From an uncultured archaeon (GTDB lineage Archaea; Iainarchaeota; Iainarchaeia; Iainarchaeales; JAAZKV01): a DNA stretch of 27,460 nt. The translations under genes were made by a program, and so were the position numbers. Shown one piece after another: positions 18,230 through 26,281 of this stretch. The first letter of the stretch is position 1, and each line of letters begins with the position of its first letter. The notes under the pieces were generated by a model that saw only the letters and a program-made list of their open reading frames with translations, made no database searches and had not been told where the DNA came from. The stretch lies in the NCBI GenBank assembly GCA_964544205.1, contig CAZJAE010000001.1:1-27460 (forward strand), in the 5' to 3' direction.

Positions 18230-18997
18230 TTAGTTTTTTTGTATTAGGTATATTGCGAACAGGTTTGGGCAGTTTAGTTCGCCGGTCTTGTCTTTTTTTA
18301 TCAGTTCTGAGTGGATTTTGAGGTTGTATTTTGAAAAATCGTTTATTGAGTATTTTGTGTACTCGATTCCGGCGTTTGTCAGTATTTGCTCCATTTCTTT
18401 TTTTGTCAGGGACGCGTTTAGGGAGCGGAGGAATCTTTCTTTTTCGTGTTTGTCGTTTATTGTTGAGAGTCTTTTTTTGATTTCTTCTTCTGGCGCGTCT
18501 CTTGTCAGGTCGAATATGTATATCATTCCTCCTTTTTTTGCGAGCATTAGTATGTCGTGCATTCCATTTTCAACTTCTTTTAGGTGGTGGAATGAGTCTT
18601 TTATTATGACGACGTCGTTTTCGCCCCGCGTCGGGTGGTAGTGTATGTCTTCTACCGCGAATTTTACAGGGTATTTTTTGTATTTTTCTTTTGCGGTTTT
18701 TATGAGTTCTTCGCTCGCGTCTGTTGCGCGGATGTTTTGGTTTTTTGTCAGTTCGAAGAGCGCGGCGGCGAGTTGTCCTGCTCCGCAGGCTATTTCGAGG
18801 ATGTTATCGCTGTGCGAGGGGTTTGTTTTTTCTATTATGTCCTGGGCGACGAGCCGGTAGGTAAGTGTTCTGTCGTCTTTTCGGTTCGCGTATTTTTTTC
18901 CCTCTTCTCCTGTTATTGCTTCTTCTTTTTCAGGAAACCTTATTTTTGGGTTGAATGTGAATTTTCCGGATTTTATAGGCATTATTGTCACTGACAT
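18230..18997 (-). CDS. Class I SAM-dependent methyltransferase
   Basis: Motif I ILEIACGAGQL, ATDAS, VEDI and SFHH...KKGGMIYIFD. Confidence 0.9.
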   Translation of the reverse strand: MSVTIMPIKSGKFTFNPKIRFPEKEEAITGEEGKKYANRKDDRTLTYRLVAQDIIEKTNPSHSDNILEIACGAGQLAAALFELTKNQNIRATDASEELIKTAKEKYKKYPVKFAVEDIHYHPTRGENDVVIIKDSFHHLKEVENGMHDILMLAKKGGMIYIFDLTRDAPEEEIKKRLSTINDKHEKERFLRSLNASLTKKEMEQILTNAGIEYTKYSINDFSKYNLKIHSELIKKDKTGELNCPNLFAIYLIQKN

Positions 18998-19123
18998 ATC
19001 TGTTTCATGCTTGTGTTTTAATTACTGTCTGTGTGGTTTTTCAGGGTTTTTGGCTTTATTAATGCGTCTTCTTTTCTTTGTTTGCAAGGCACGTTTTTAT
19101 TCCTTTTCTTTCAGATATTGGTC

Positions 19124-19903
19124 ATGCCTACTAGAATTCTTGTTACTAAAAAGACTAATCTTAAGGAAGCTGTGCTTATAGTTGGTTTGCCTGGTATTGG
19201 GCTTGTTGGCAAGATTGCTGTTGATTATTTGCTCAAGCAGTTTAAGACTGAAAAGATTGCGGAGATTCTTTCGGATTCTTTTCCTCCGAGCGTGCACACC
19301 AAGGATTCCAAGGTTTTTTTGATTAAGGATGATTTGTTTCACTTTAACTATAAAGGCAAGGATTTTTTGTTCCTGGCTGGTCCTGTTCAGCCCACTCTTG
19401 ATTTTAAAGTTGGTTCTTCTCACGAGCATTACGAGTTTTCGGAGACGCTTGTTAATTATTTTAAGGGCATTGGCGTTGTTGAAATAATAACTCTCGCGGG
19501 GATTAATGTCGGGGATAATAGGTTGAATAAGAAGCCTGAAGTGATTGTTGCCGGGACTGAAGAGAGTGTTGTTGAGCTTTGGAAGAAGTTTGGTGCAAAA
19601 GAGGATAAAAAAGAGGGTTTGATTTCTGGAGCCGCTGGTCTTTTGGTCGGCATTGGAAGGCTTCATAGCATTAAGGGCGCTTGTTTGATGGGCGAGACTA
19701 ATCCTCAGCTTGTTTACGGGGATCATGGGAGCGCGAAGCAGGTAGTGGAGCTTATTTCTAAGAGGTTTAATTTTACTGTTAAGATGAAGAGCATTGAAAA
19801 GGAAGCTAAGCAGATTGAGAAGACCTTTAAGGAACTTACAAGCGGTTTAGAGCATCCGGTTGAGGATGAGCCTAAAGCGGATAATTTGAGCTATGTAAGG
19901 TAA
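19124..19903 (+). CDS. PAC2-family proteasome assembly chaperone
   Basis: VGLPGIGLVGK, IITLAG, ISGAAGLL and CLMGET motifs. ATG at 19124. Usual position downstream of aIF2-alpha. Confidence 0.92.
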   Translation: MPTRILVTKKTNLKEAVLIVGLPGIGLVGKIAVDYLLKQFKTEKIAEILSDSFPPSVHTKDSKVFLIKDDLFHFNYKGKDFLFLAGPVQPTLDFKVGSSHEHYEFSETLVNYFKGIGVVEIITLAGINVGDNRLNKKPEVIVAGTEESVVELWKKFGAKEDKKEGLISGAAGLLVGIGRLHSIKGACLMGETNPQLVYGDHGSAKQVVELISKRFNFTVKMKSIEKEAKQIEKTFKELTSGLEHPVEDEPKADNLSYVR

Positions 19904-19971
19904 GCTTTATTGCTCCGATTTTTTTTAATTTTTTTGCTTTTCTAATTTTTTCTTTTGCGAGGGTTATTTGT

Positions 19972-20580
19972 TTAGAATCCAGTAAGGCTTGTCTGGTTTA
20001 TTTTTTGAGTGTCGCCGTTTAGAAGTGTTTTTAGGTTTGTGAGGTCTTCTATTCCTTTTCTCCCGTTTCGCAGATAGTATGCCGGGTGGTAGATAAAGAA
20101 TATTTTTTTCCCCATGTGTTCTATTGTTTGCCCGACTTTCATGTTTTCTTTTCCAAATCCCCTTGCTGCGCTTTTTCCAAGGAGCACGATTACTTTTGGG
20201 TTTATTGCGTTTATCATTTTCATTGTTACGGGCAAAAAGTAGTTTATTTCGTCGGGAGTGGGCGGGCGTATTTTTTTTTCTTCGCTTAGTGGGATTATGG
20301 GCACGACGTTTATTATCGCATAATCGTCGGTTTTGAGTCCGAGTTCTTTCATCCATTCTTCAAGGAGTTTGCCGCTTCTTCCGACGAATGGTTTCCCGTT
20401 TTCGTTTTCGCTGAATCCCGGCGCTTCTCCGATGAATAGTATTTTTGCGTTTTCGTTTCCTCTTCCAAAAACTATGTGTCCGTTAGTGTCTGTAACGTTT
20501 TTGTACAGCGCGTGTTTTTTTGCGTGTTCTATTAGTTCGTTTCTGACTTGCGCGAGTCTTTGGCTTTCGTTTACTTCCAT
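19972..20580 (-). CDS. udg: Family-4-type uracil-DNA glycosylase lacking cysteines, with C-terminal PIP-like motif
   Basis: Motif A GEAPG, GKPFVGRSG, IRPPTPDE, IVLLG and motif B YHPAY. Confidence 0.92.
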   Translation of the reverse strand: MEVNESQRLAQVRNELIEHAKKHALYKNVTDTNGHIVFGRGNENAKILFIGEAPGFSENENGKPFVGRSGKLLEEWMKELGLKTDDYAIINVVPIIPLSEEKKIRPPTPDEINYFLPVTMKMINAINPKVIVLLGKSAARGFGKENMKVGQTIEHMGKKIFFIYHPAYYLRNGRKGIEDLTNLKTLLNGDTQKINQTSLTGF

Positions 20581-20641
20581 GTATTGTTTTTGATTCCAAA
20601 GGGTTTTATTATGTTTTGGCTTTTGTTTTTCAGGGATTGTT

Positions 20642-21874
20642 GTGGTGTTTAAGCATAAGCGGTCTAAGCGTTTTTTGCATAAATCAGGGAATAAAATTTC
20701 CGCAAGTCATGCTGGCGCTTTTGGTGTTTTGGGTGCTGAAAAGCCTAAGATTCCTTGGTTTTATCCTCTTGCTTTTGCTTTGCTTTTAGTGTTTGTGCTG
20801 GTCCTTATTTTTTTAGTATTTGTTCAGTTTTCAAGGATTGATTATTTGAGCAGCGAGCTTTCTGTTTTGCGGGCGGAGCATCTTGATTTTGTTTCAAAGT
20901 CTGAGATTAAGATAGGGGAGCTGAATTCAAGTATTTCTGATTTGTCTTTTGAGAAGCAACAGCTTGAATTAAGGTACTTGAGTTTGTCCAAAATGTATTC
21001 CGAGCTTGAGTCAAAGAATGCGGTTATTTCTTCCTCGTATGCGGATCTTAAGTCCGAAGCTTTGGCAACTATTGCCAAGATTGATTCTTACAAGCGCGAG
21101 ATTCAGAGTTCAATGGATTGGTTCAGCGCAAATTCTGTCTTGTCAAAGAATGAGGGTTCTGTATTGACTTATCTTAATTCGAGTTGTATTAAGAATACTA
21201 ATGGTACTTGCGAGGTTAACTTAGGGTGTTTTTATTTTGTAAACAGCGAGCTTTTGAAGTTTAAGTATGCGTCTGATTTTGTGACTTCAAATACTGTTGA
21301 TAAGCTCCAGTCTGTTTCTTCTTTTTACTCCAACAGGAGGGGGGATTGCGAGGATTTTTCGCTTTTTTACAAGGCGGAGTATAATTCTCTTCTAACAAAG
21401 TGCGCTGATAAGCCTGTTTCTCTTTTCGCGTGGGTGGATAAGAATGGAAAGAATTTTGACGTGACAAGCGCGGGCACTTGGTATATTGGCGATGCTGACA
21501 AGAAGTACTTGGCTAAAGAGAATTTGCGTCCGGCGATTGTGTGCGGTTCTATGTTTGATTTGCAGTCAGGGCAGGTTAACGGGCACTGCGTTATTGCTTT
21601 TGGTTCTAAAAGAATTGTTTCTGTTTCGGATATTGATTCGCTTTTGACTGCCGAGCTTGTCGAGCCCCAGAATGGAAAGTATTTGGGGATTGTCGGGCAG
21701 GATTCCGGAATTTATTTAGTGGATTCTCTTGGCTCGGGTGTTTCTTACATTGATACTATTATTACCGATAATGATTTTTTTATTTTCAGGGACAGGGCTT
21801 GGAATAGTTATTCTTCTTTTTATTCTGATTTGTCAGAATCAGGCGCTTCTCTTCAGAAGCTTGCCGGCGAGTAG
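20642..21874 (+). CDS. Membrane-anchored coiled-coil protein with transglutaminase-like (papain-fold) domain
   Basis: Basic N-terminus, TM helix, coiled-coil stalk, then GDCEDF (Cys), GHCVIA (His) and VEPQNG (acidic residue). The GTG start is uncertain. Confidence 0.75.
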   Translation: MVFKHKRSKRFLHKSGNKISASHAGAFGVLGAEKPKIPWFYPLAFALLLVFVLVLIFLVFVQFSRIDYLSSELSVLRAEHLDFVSKSEIKIGELNSSISDLSFEKQQLELRYLSLSKMYSELESKNAVISSSYADLKSEALATIAKIDSYKREIQSSMDWFSANSVLSKNEGSVLTYLNSSCIKNTNGTCEVNLGCFYFVNSELLKFKYASDFVTSNTVDKLQSVSSFYSNRRGDCEDFSLFYKAEYNSLLTKCADKPVSLFAWVDKNGKNFDVTSAGTWYIGDADKKYLAKENLRPAIVCGSMFDLQSGQVNGHCVIAFGSKRIVSVSDIDSLLTAELVEPQNGKYLGIVGQDSGIYLVDSLGSGVSYIDTIITDNDFFIFRDRAWNSYSSFYSDLSESGASLQKLAGE

Positions 21875-21954
21875 TTGTTTTGAAAGCAGTTTGACTTTTT
21901 TCTTGCAGTTTTTTTTGATTAGTTTTGTTTTATCAAAAGGTTTTTTGTTTGTTT

Positions 21955-22281
21955 TTAGATTACGCCCATGAATTTTAAAAGTAGCATTGCTCCAAGTCCC
22001 GCGGGGCCCATTACTATTGATATTACTAGGCTTGGTATGAATGGCAGCTGGATGTTGAATACAAATATTGCTATTGCCCAGCTTATTGCACCAAGTATTG
22101 CGTGTTCTATTAGTTTTTTTAATATGAAGAATATTATTATTGATACTGCGATTAGCACTATTCCTGCGATTAGGACGCTTGGATTCATTGTCATAGCCAT
22201 GCTTGCTGCTTGTTCTGCGGGCATTGCAAAGCTCATTCCGCTTGCAAAGTCGCTGAATGCGTCGAGAATAATTGCGTTCAT
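21955..22281 (-). CDS. Small membrane protein, BofA-like
   Basis: KKLIEHAILG...LPFIPSLVISIVMGPAGLGAMLLL matches the BofA-like TM pattern. Confidence 0.6.
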   Translation of the reverse strand: MNAIILDAFSDFASGMSFAMPAEQAASMAMTMNPSVLIAGIVLIAVSIIIFFILKKLIEHAILGAISWAIAIFVFNIQLPFIPSLVISIVMGPAGLGAMLLLKFMGVI

Positions 22282-22427
22282 ATGTATCTTTATGGTTTAG
22301 TTGTTATTAAACCTTATTCGTTTGCTTGTTTTATTTCTTTGTTTGTGCGTTTTATTGGTTTTTCTTGTTTAGTGATTATTTTTTAAAGACAAAAGTAAGG
22401 TGTTATTTATTCAGGGACGGGTTTTTA

Positions 22428-23063
22428 GTGCCAAAGTTTTCAGACGACCAGAAGAAGATTGCTTTATTGCTGCTTTCAGAGCCTAAGACTGAAGAAGAGC
22501 TTCAAAAACAGCTTAACTTGTCTTACGACAAGCTTATTGTTGAGCTTAAGGGAATGATTAAGCTTGGGCTTCTTACAAAAGAGGGTTATCCTACGAAGTA
22601 TCGTTTGAGGCAGGATATTATTAATGAGCTTCAGAAGCGAAAGAAGATTGCTGAGGATGACTCGTTTAAGATTAAAGTCAGGGCGATTATTGAGCTTAAG
22701 GCTGTTGAGGAGAATTTGTTAAAGAAGCATATTGAGAAGATTAAGGAGGCTCTTGGCGCTGAAAAGATTCTCACTGTTTATGGCATTAGCGTAGCGGATA
22801 TTGTTCAGGATGAGGATATGTTTTCTTCTTTTATAGAAGTCACAGTCACGGTTAGGGACTTTTCGGCTTTGATTGCGTTTATTTTCTATTACGCTCCGAC
22901 TTCTATTGAGATTATGAAGCCTTCAAAGATTGAGTTTTCTCATGCTGAGTTCAGCGACGGGCTTGTTTTGCTTACTGAATTGTTCCAAAAATATGCTCAA
23001 TTTGCCATGAAGCACCTTGATAAGGAGTCCATGGACAAGTTTTACAAGGATATTTACGAGTAG
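22428..23063 (+). CDS. Winged-HTH protein fused to a ferredoxin-like C-terminal domain, putative regulator
   Basis: Probable GTG start at 22428. IALLLLSEPKTEEELQKQLNLSYDKLIVELKGMIKLGLL is wHTH-like. C-terminal domain includes FSSFIEV...YAPTSIEIMKP. Confidence 0.7.
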   Translation: MPKFSDDQKKIALLLLSEPKTEEELQKQLNLSYDKLIVELKGMIKLGLLTKEGYPTKYRLRQDIINELQKRKKIAEDDSFKIKVRAIIELKAVEENLLKKHIEKIKEALGAEKILTVYGISVADIVQDEDMFSSFIEVTVTVRDFSALIAFIFYYAPTSIEIMKPSKIEFSHAEFSDGLVLLTELFQKYAQFAMKHLDKESMDKFYKDIYE

Positions 23064-23362
23064 TTTCTATCTTTTCAGCCTTGTTTGTGGGGTATTTGTT
23101 AAGTCAAAGTAGCTGCTTTTTTTGAGAATATTTTTTTCGTCTCCGACAAACAACGAATTATTTTCCCTAAGGGGGTCATATTTTAAAAACAGCTTATATT
23201 GTGAAAATAATTGATTTATTTGCATTTTTGGCGGCTTTTCGTCAATTTTTGGGCTTGGTTGAAAAAACCCCTCCTTATGGCAATTGACGTAACCTTCTTC
23301 CTTTTATGGCGTAATTTCCCCCTTAAACCCCCGTCCTGTCGTAAGGTACTACGCTTAGAAAG

Positions 23363-23482
23363 TAAGAACCTTTAAAAAGGCAAAGAAGCACTAAGTCCTA
23401 ATGCCTTTGTAGCGGTACTATGCCTATATTGTCCTTAGGACGAGTAGCGCAATGAGGGATTGTTTTTAGTCATATGAGGTGA
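23363..23482 (+). promoter_or_regulatory. S-layer gene promoter (BRE and TATA), long leader and strong SD
   Basis: TAAGAACC followed by TTTAAAAA at 23363-23378. GAGGTGA at 23476-23482 lies 6 nt before the ATG. Confidence 0.7.
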
Positions 23483-23488
23483 AAGGAA

Positions 23489-26074
23489 ATGAAAGGACTA
23501 AATGTTAAGAGAATAGCTGCTATCGGATTAGGAGCAGCTCTTGTTGGATCAGCTTTAGCACCAGGTGTTATGGCTGCAAATTTTTCCAACTTGGACACAT
23601 TGCAGAAATCTAACGTAATAGACGCTTCAGGATCTCCTGTTGTGGATATTGTTGTTGGAACAATCGGAATGCCAGAAGATGTAGTTTGGGCAGGTAACAT
23701 AGCTGCTAAAGTTGCACAGATGGCTGTAGTTCCGGCTGGCGGATCAGGATCAGTAGGCGAAAAAACTGTTACTTTAACGCTAGGTGGAAATGTAACAACA
23801 GCAGGTTCTGGAGAGACTGCGGAAGCAAAAGCTGCTTTCTTTGACAGCGAACCAGCATTTGTTGGTATTACAACTACAAGTACACAAATGCCGTCTTTGG
23901 TGAATAACCCTTCAGCAAAATATAGGTGGGGTAGCACTACTGACTCAACAACTACAGTTAGTGAAGATTTGACAGCTACAATTAATGCTAGCTTCCAGAG
24001 TACGCAGGGATCATCATATCACTCAGTAGGATCATTAATTGGTTCTATTGCAAGAGATGGGATCGCGTATAATGTAAACCTAGGCGCTGGAATTCCACTA
24101 ACATCAAACATGACTAACCTTGATGGAAACTCATCATACAGAATGCAGATTCCTTGGTTAGGAAAAGTATACACATTAGATCAGATTAATGCAACTAACA
24201 AGAGTTTGGTTTTCTATGCACAGACAACACCAATAACTCTTGATAAGGGTGAAAAACTATCTGTTAAGGCTGCAGATTCAAACAAGATGTATGATCTTGT
24301 ATTGACTGATATAACAAAAACTGCAGATAATGCAGAATATAAGGCATCATTTTCTCTAATGGATGGATCAACAACTGTTGATACACAAGACTCAATTACG
24401 TCAAATACTGACCTGAAGGACGAGTTCAGCGTAAAGCTAGACAGCGTTTACGTAACTTTCGTTGGTGCTAGTGCAACAACTTCCGGTAAGGCATATGTTT
24501 CACTAAGAACAGGAACTGACAGACTTGAGTTGAGAAACGGATACGGCTACCCATACACAGGAGACAACACGGTTGACTCAAAAGCTCAGTGGGAAGTTGT
24601 TTTCGACAGTACAACTAATGTTACAAAAATCAGTTTGAAGAATCAGTGGAGATACGATAAGTATGTTGGTGATGAAACTGACACTACTAAGTATGCTTTG
24701 ACTCCTGGCCAGGAAATTGTTTTGCCAAATAACTTCGCAAAACTAGCTTTCAATGGATTCCAGACTAAGGCTAACACTGAAGTTCAAATTGGTGCTGTTT
24801 CAGGAATATCAAACGGCGGAATTGAATATGTTGACATGAAAGGTGGAAACATAAAGGTTCCATTCTACGTTGAGACTAGTCTTGACTTCAATAAGGCAAG
24901 AACAGTTGATATCCAGGGAACAACATACACTCTATGGTTGGATCAGAACACTGCAACTAACGCTGCATTGTACTATAGAAAAGGAGATTATAGCTCAGTA
25001 ACAACTACTCCTACAGGAGCAGTTGCTGGACCATCGGTTAACGATTGGGTTGTAATCCAGAACATAAATGAGAATGCAATATCAAGAGCTGTTTCAGTTG
25101 ATCTTGGAGCAAGAGACTCGACAAACGGAATTGACTATATAGATTACAATTTCGGTTTCGATATAACTTCAGGAAATGTTGCGTTGGTATTGACTGGAAA
25201 CCAAACTTTCAGCCTATACAACAAAGCAAAGGCAGCAACTCCAAAGTTAGTGTTCCTTGATACAAACACAAACAACACAACAGGACAGCCATTGTATGTT
25301 CCTAATACACAGGACATAGCAACTATCTTCGAGGGAAATGTGCCAGCATATAACAGCAACAGATACAGCGCTGTTCATTTCCAGTACACAGACAACAATT
25401 CTGGGGTAGCAAACTTGTACACAAGAGCTACTGACGGAAGCGGAGTTTGGAACTACGAATCATTGAAGAATCCTTCATCAGGGACTTTAGTATACGGACC
25501 TACGATGGATGCAAACTACAATGTTGGTACTGGTTGGACTTCAGCTATTAGAGACGGTACAGATTACTTCAAAGAAGCATACACGCAAGATGGTACTAAA
25601 GTTGTTTCAGACAACTCAGTATTCAAATTGACTGTTCCAGACGAGCAGGCACTTCTTGAAGCATACTTGGGCGCTACTGCTGAATCAACAGTTGCTGTTG
25701 GTGGAAAAGAATTTACAGGAGTAAAAGAGGGAGACACAGTGTCAAACTCAGGCACAACTGTAACTGTTACTGGTATAACAGGCTCAGCTGCTGCAGGCTC
25801 AGGAGTAACTGTAACTAAGGTTGCAAACCTAGTAAAGTCAGACAAGATGTCAGCATACGGTAAATCAATCCTTGTTGGCGGATGGATGGCTAACACTAAA
25901 GTATCAAAGTCAATGATGGTTGGCGGAGAGACTCTAGAAAGCAGACTAACTGCTGCTGGAGACTACGTTTCAGCTGTTCTTGAGGACGGAAGCATCGTTG
26001 TTGCAGGATGGACTGCGGACGACACAGCTACTGCTGCTCAGGCATTGATCTCAGCTTTAGACGGTCTACAGTAA
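23489..26074 (+). CDS. S-layer (surface layer) glycoprotein
   Basis: Sec signal MKGLNVKRIAAIGLGAALVGSALAPGVMA, DVVWAGNIAA near the N-terminus, C-terminal ILVGGWMAN and IVVAGWTADDT motifs of Methanococcales-like S-layer termini. Thr/Asn-rich with many N-x-S/T sequons. Confidence 0.9.
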   Translation: MKGLNVKRIAAIGLGAALVGSALAPGVMAANFSNLDTLQKSNVIDASGSPVVDIVVGTIGMPEDVVWAGNIAAKVAQMAVVPAGGSGSVGEKTVTLTLGGNVTTAGSGETAEAKAAFFDSEPAFVGITTTSTQMPSLVNNPSAKYRWGSTTDSTTTVSEDLTATINASFQSTQGSSYHSVGSLIGSIARDGIAYNVNLGAGIPLTSNMTNLDGNSSYRMQIPWLGKVYTLDQINATNKSLVFYAQTTPITLDKGEKLSVKAADSNKMYDLVLTDITKTADNAEYKASFSLMDGSTTVDTQDSITSNTDLKDEFSVKLDSVYVTFVGASATTSGKAYVSLRTGTDRLELRNGYGYPYTGDNTVDSKAQWEVVFDSTTNVTKISLKNQWRYDKYVGDETDTTKYALTPGQEIVLPNNFAKLAFNGFQTKANTEVQIGAVSGISNGGIEYVDMKGGNIKVPFYVETSLDFNKARTVDIQGTTYTLWLDQNTATNAALYYRKGDYSSVTTTPTGAVAGPSVNDWVVIQNINENAISRAVSVDLGARDSTNGIDYIDYNFGFDITSGNVALVLTGNQTFSLYNKAKAATPKLVFLDTNTNNTTGQPLYVPNTQDIATIFEGNVPAYNSNRYSAVHFQYTDNNSGVANLYTRATDGSGVWNYESLKNPSSGTLVYGPTMDANYNVGTGWTSAIRDGTDYFKEAYTQDGTKVVSDNSVFKLTVPDEQALLEAYLGATAESTVAVGGKEFTGVKEGDTVSNSGTTVTVTGITGSAAAGSGVTVTKVANLVKSDKMSAYGKSILVGGWMANTKVSKSMMVGGETLESRLTAAGDYVSAVLEDGSIVVAGWTADDTATAAQALISALDGLQ

Positions 26075-26091
26075 ATACATTAAGTAAAGAG

Positions 26092-26122
26092 AAAGGGGCT
26101 TTTTAGTCCCTTTTTCTTTTTC
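26092..26122 (+). terminator. Hairpin plus oligo-T terminator after the S-layer gene
   Basis: AAAGGGGCT-tttt-AGTCCCTTT forms a 9-bp stem with one G-U pair, followed by T-rich tracts. Confidence 0.75.
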
Positions 26123-26281
26123 TATTTTTTTTAACAGGAAACGAAATTATTCATTTATTTGGTTTGGGGTTGCTGGCGTTAAGTTTTTTGGTTTGGTTTT
26201 TGGTTTTTAAAAATCGGGTTTATTAGTCATTTGGCTAAGTTATTCACTTTGTTTATATTACTTTTGCAGCGGTGTATTTGT

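Noticed and set aside
9598-22281. SpoIIM-like and BofA-like genes suggesting sporulation
   Set aside because: Both families are widespread membrane proteins in non-sporulating archaea. The names do not imply a pathway.
23064-23360. Possible replication origin, tRNA or G-quadruplex in the largest intergenic gap (C-runs on the + strand)
   Set aside because: No ORB consensus, cdc6 neighbour or cloverleaf. The skew returns to the same direction after the S-layer gene, and the G-runs are too irregular.
23277-23375. 32-codon upstream ORF (MAIDVTFF...) before the S-layer gene
   Set aside because: No SD, and it ends within the S-layer TATA box.
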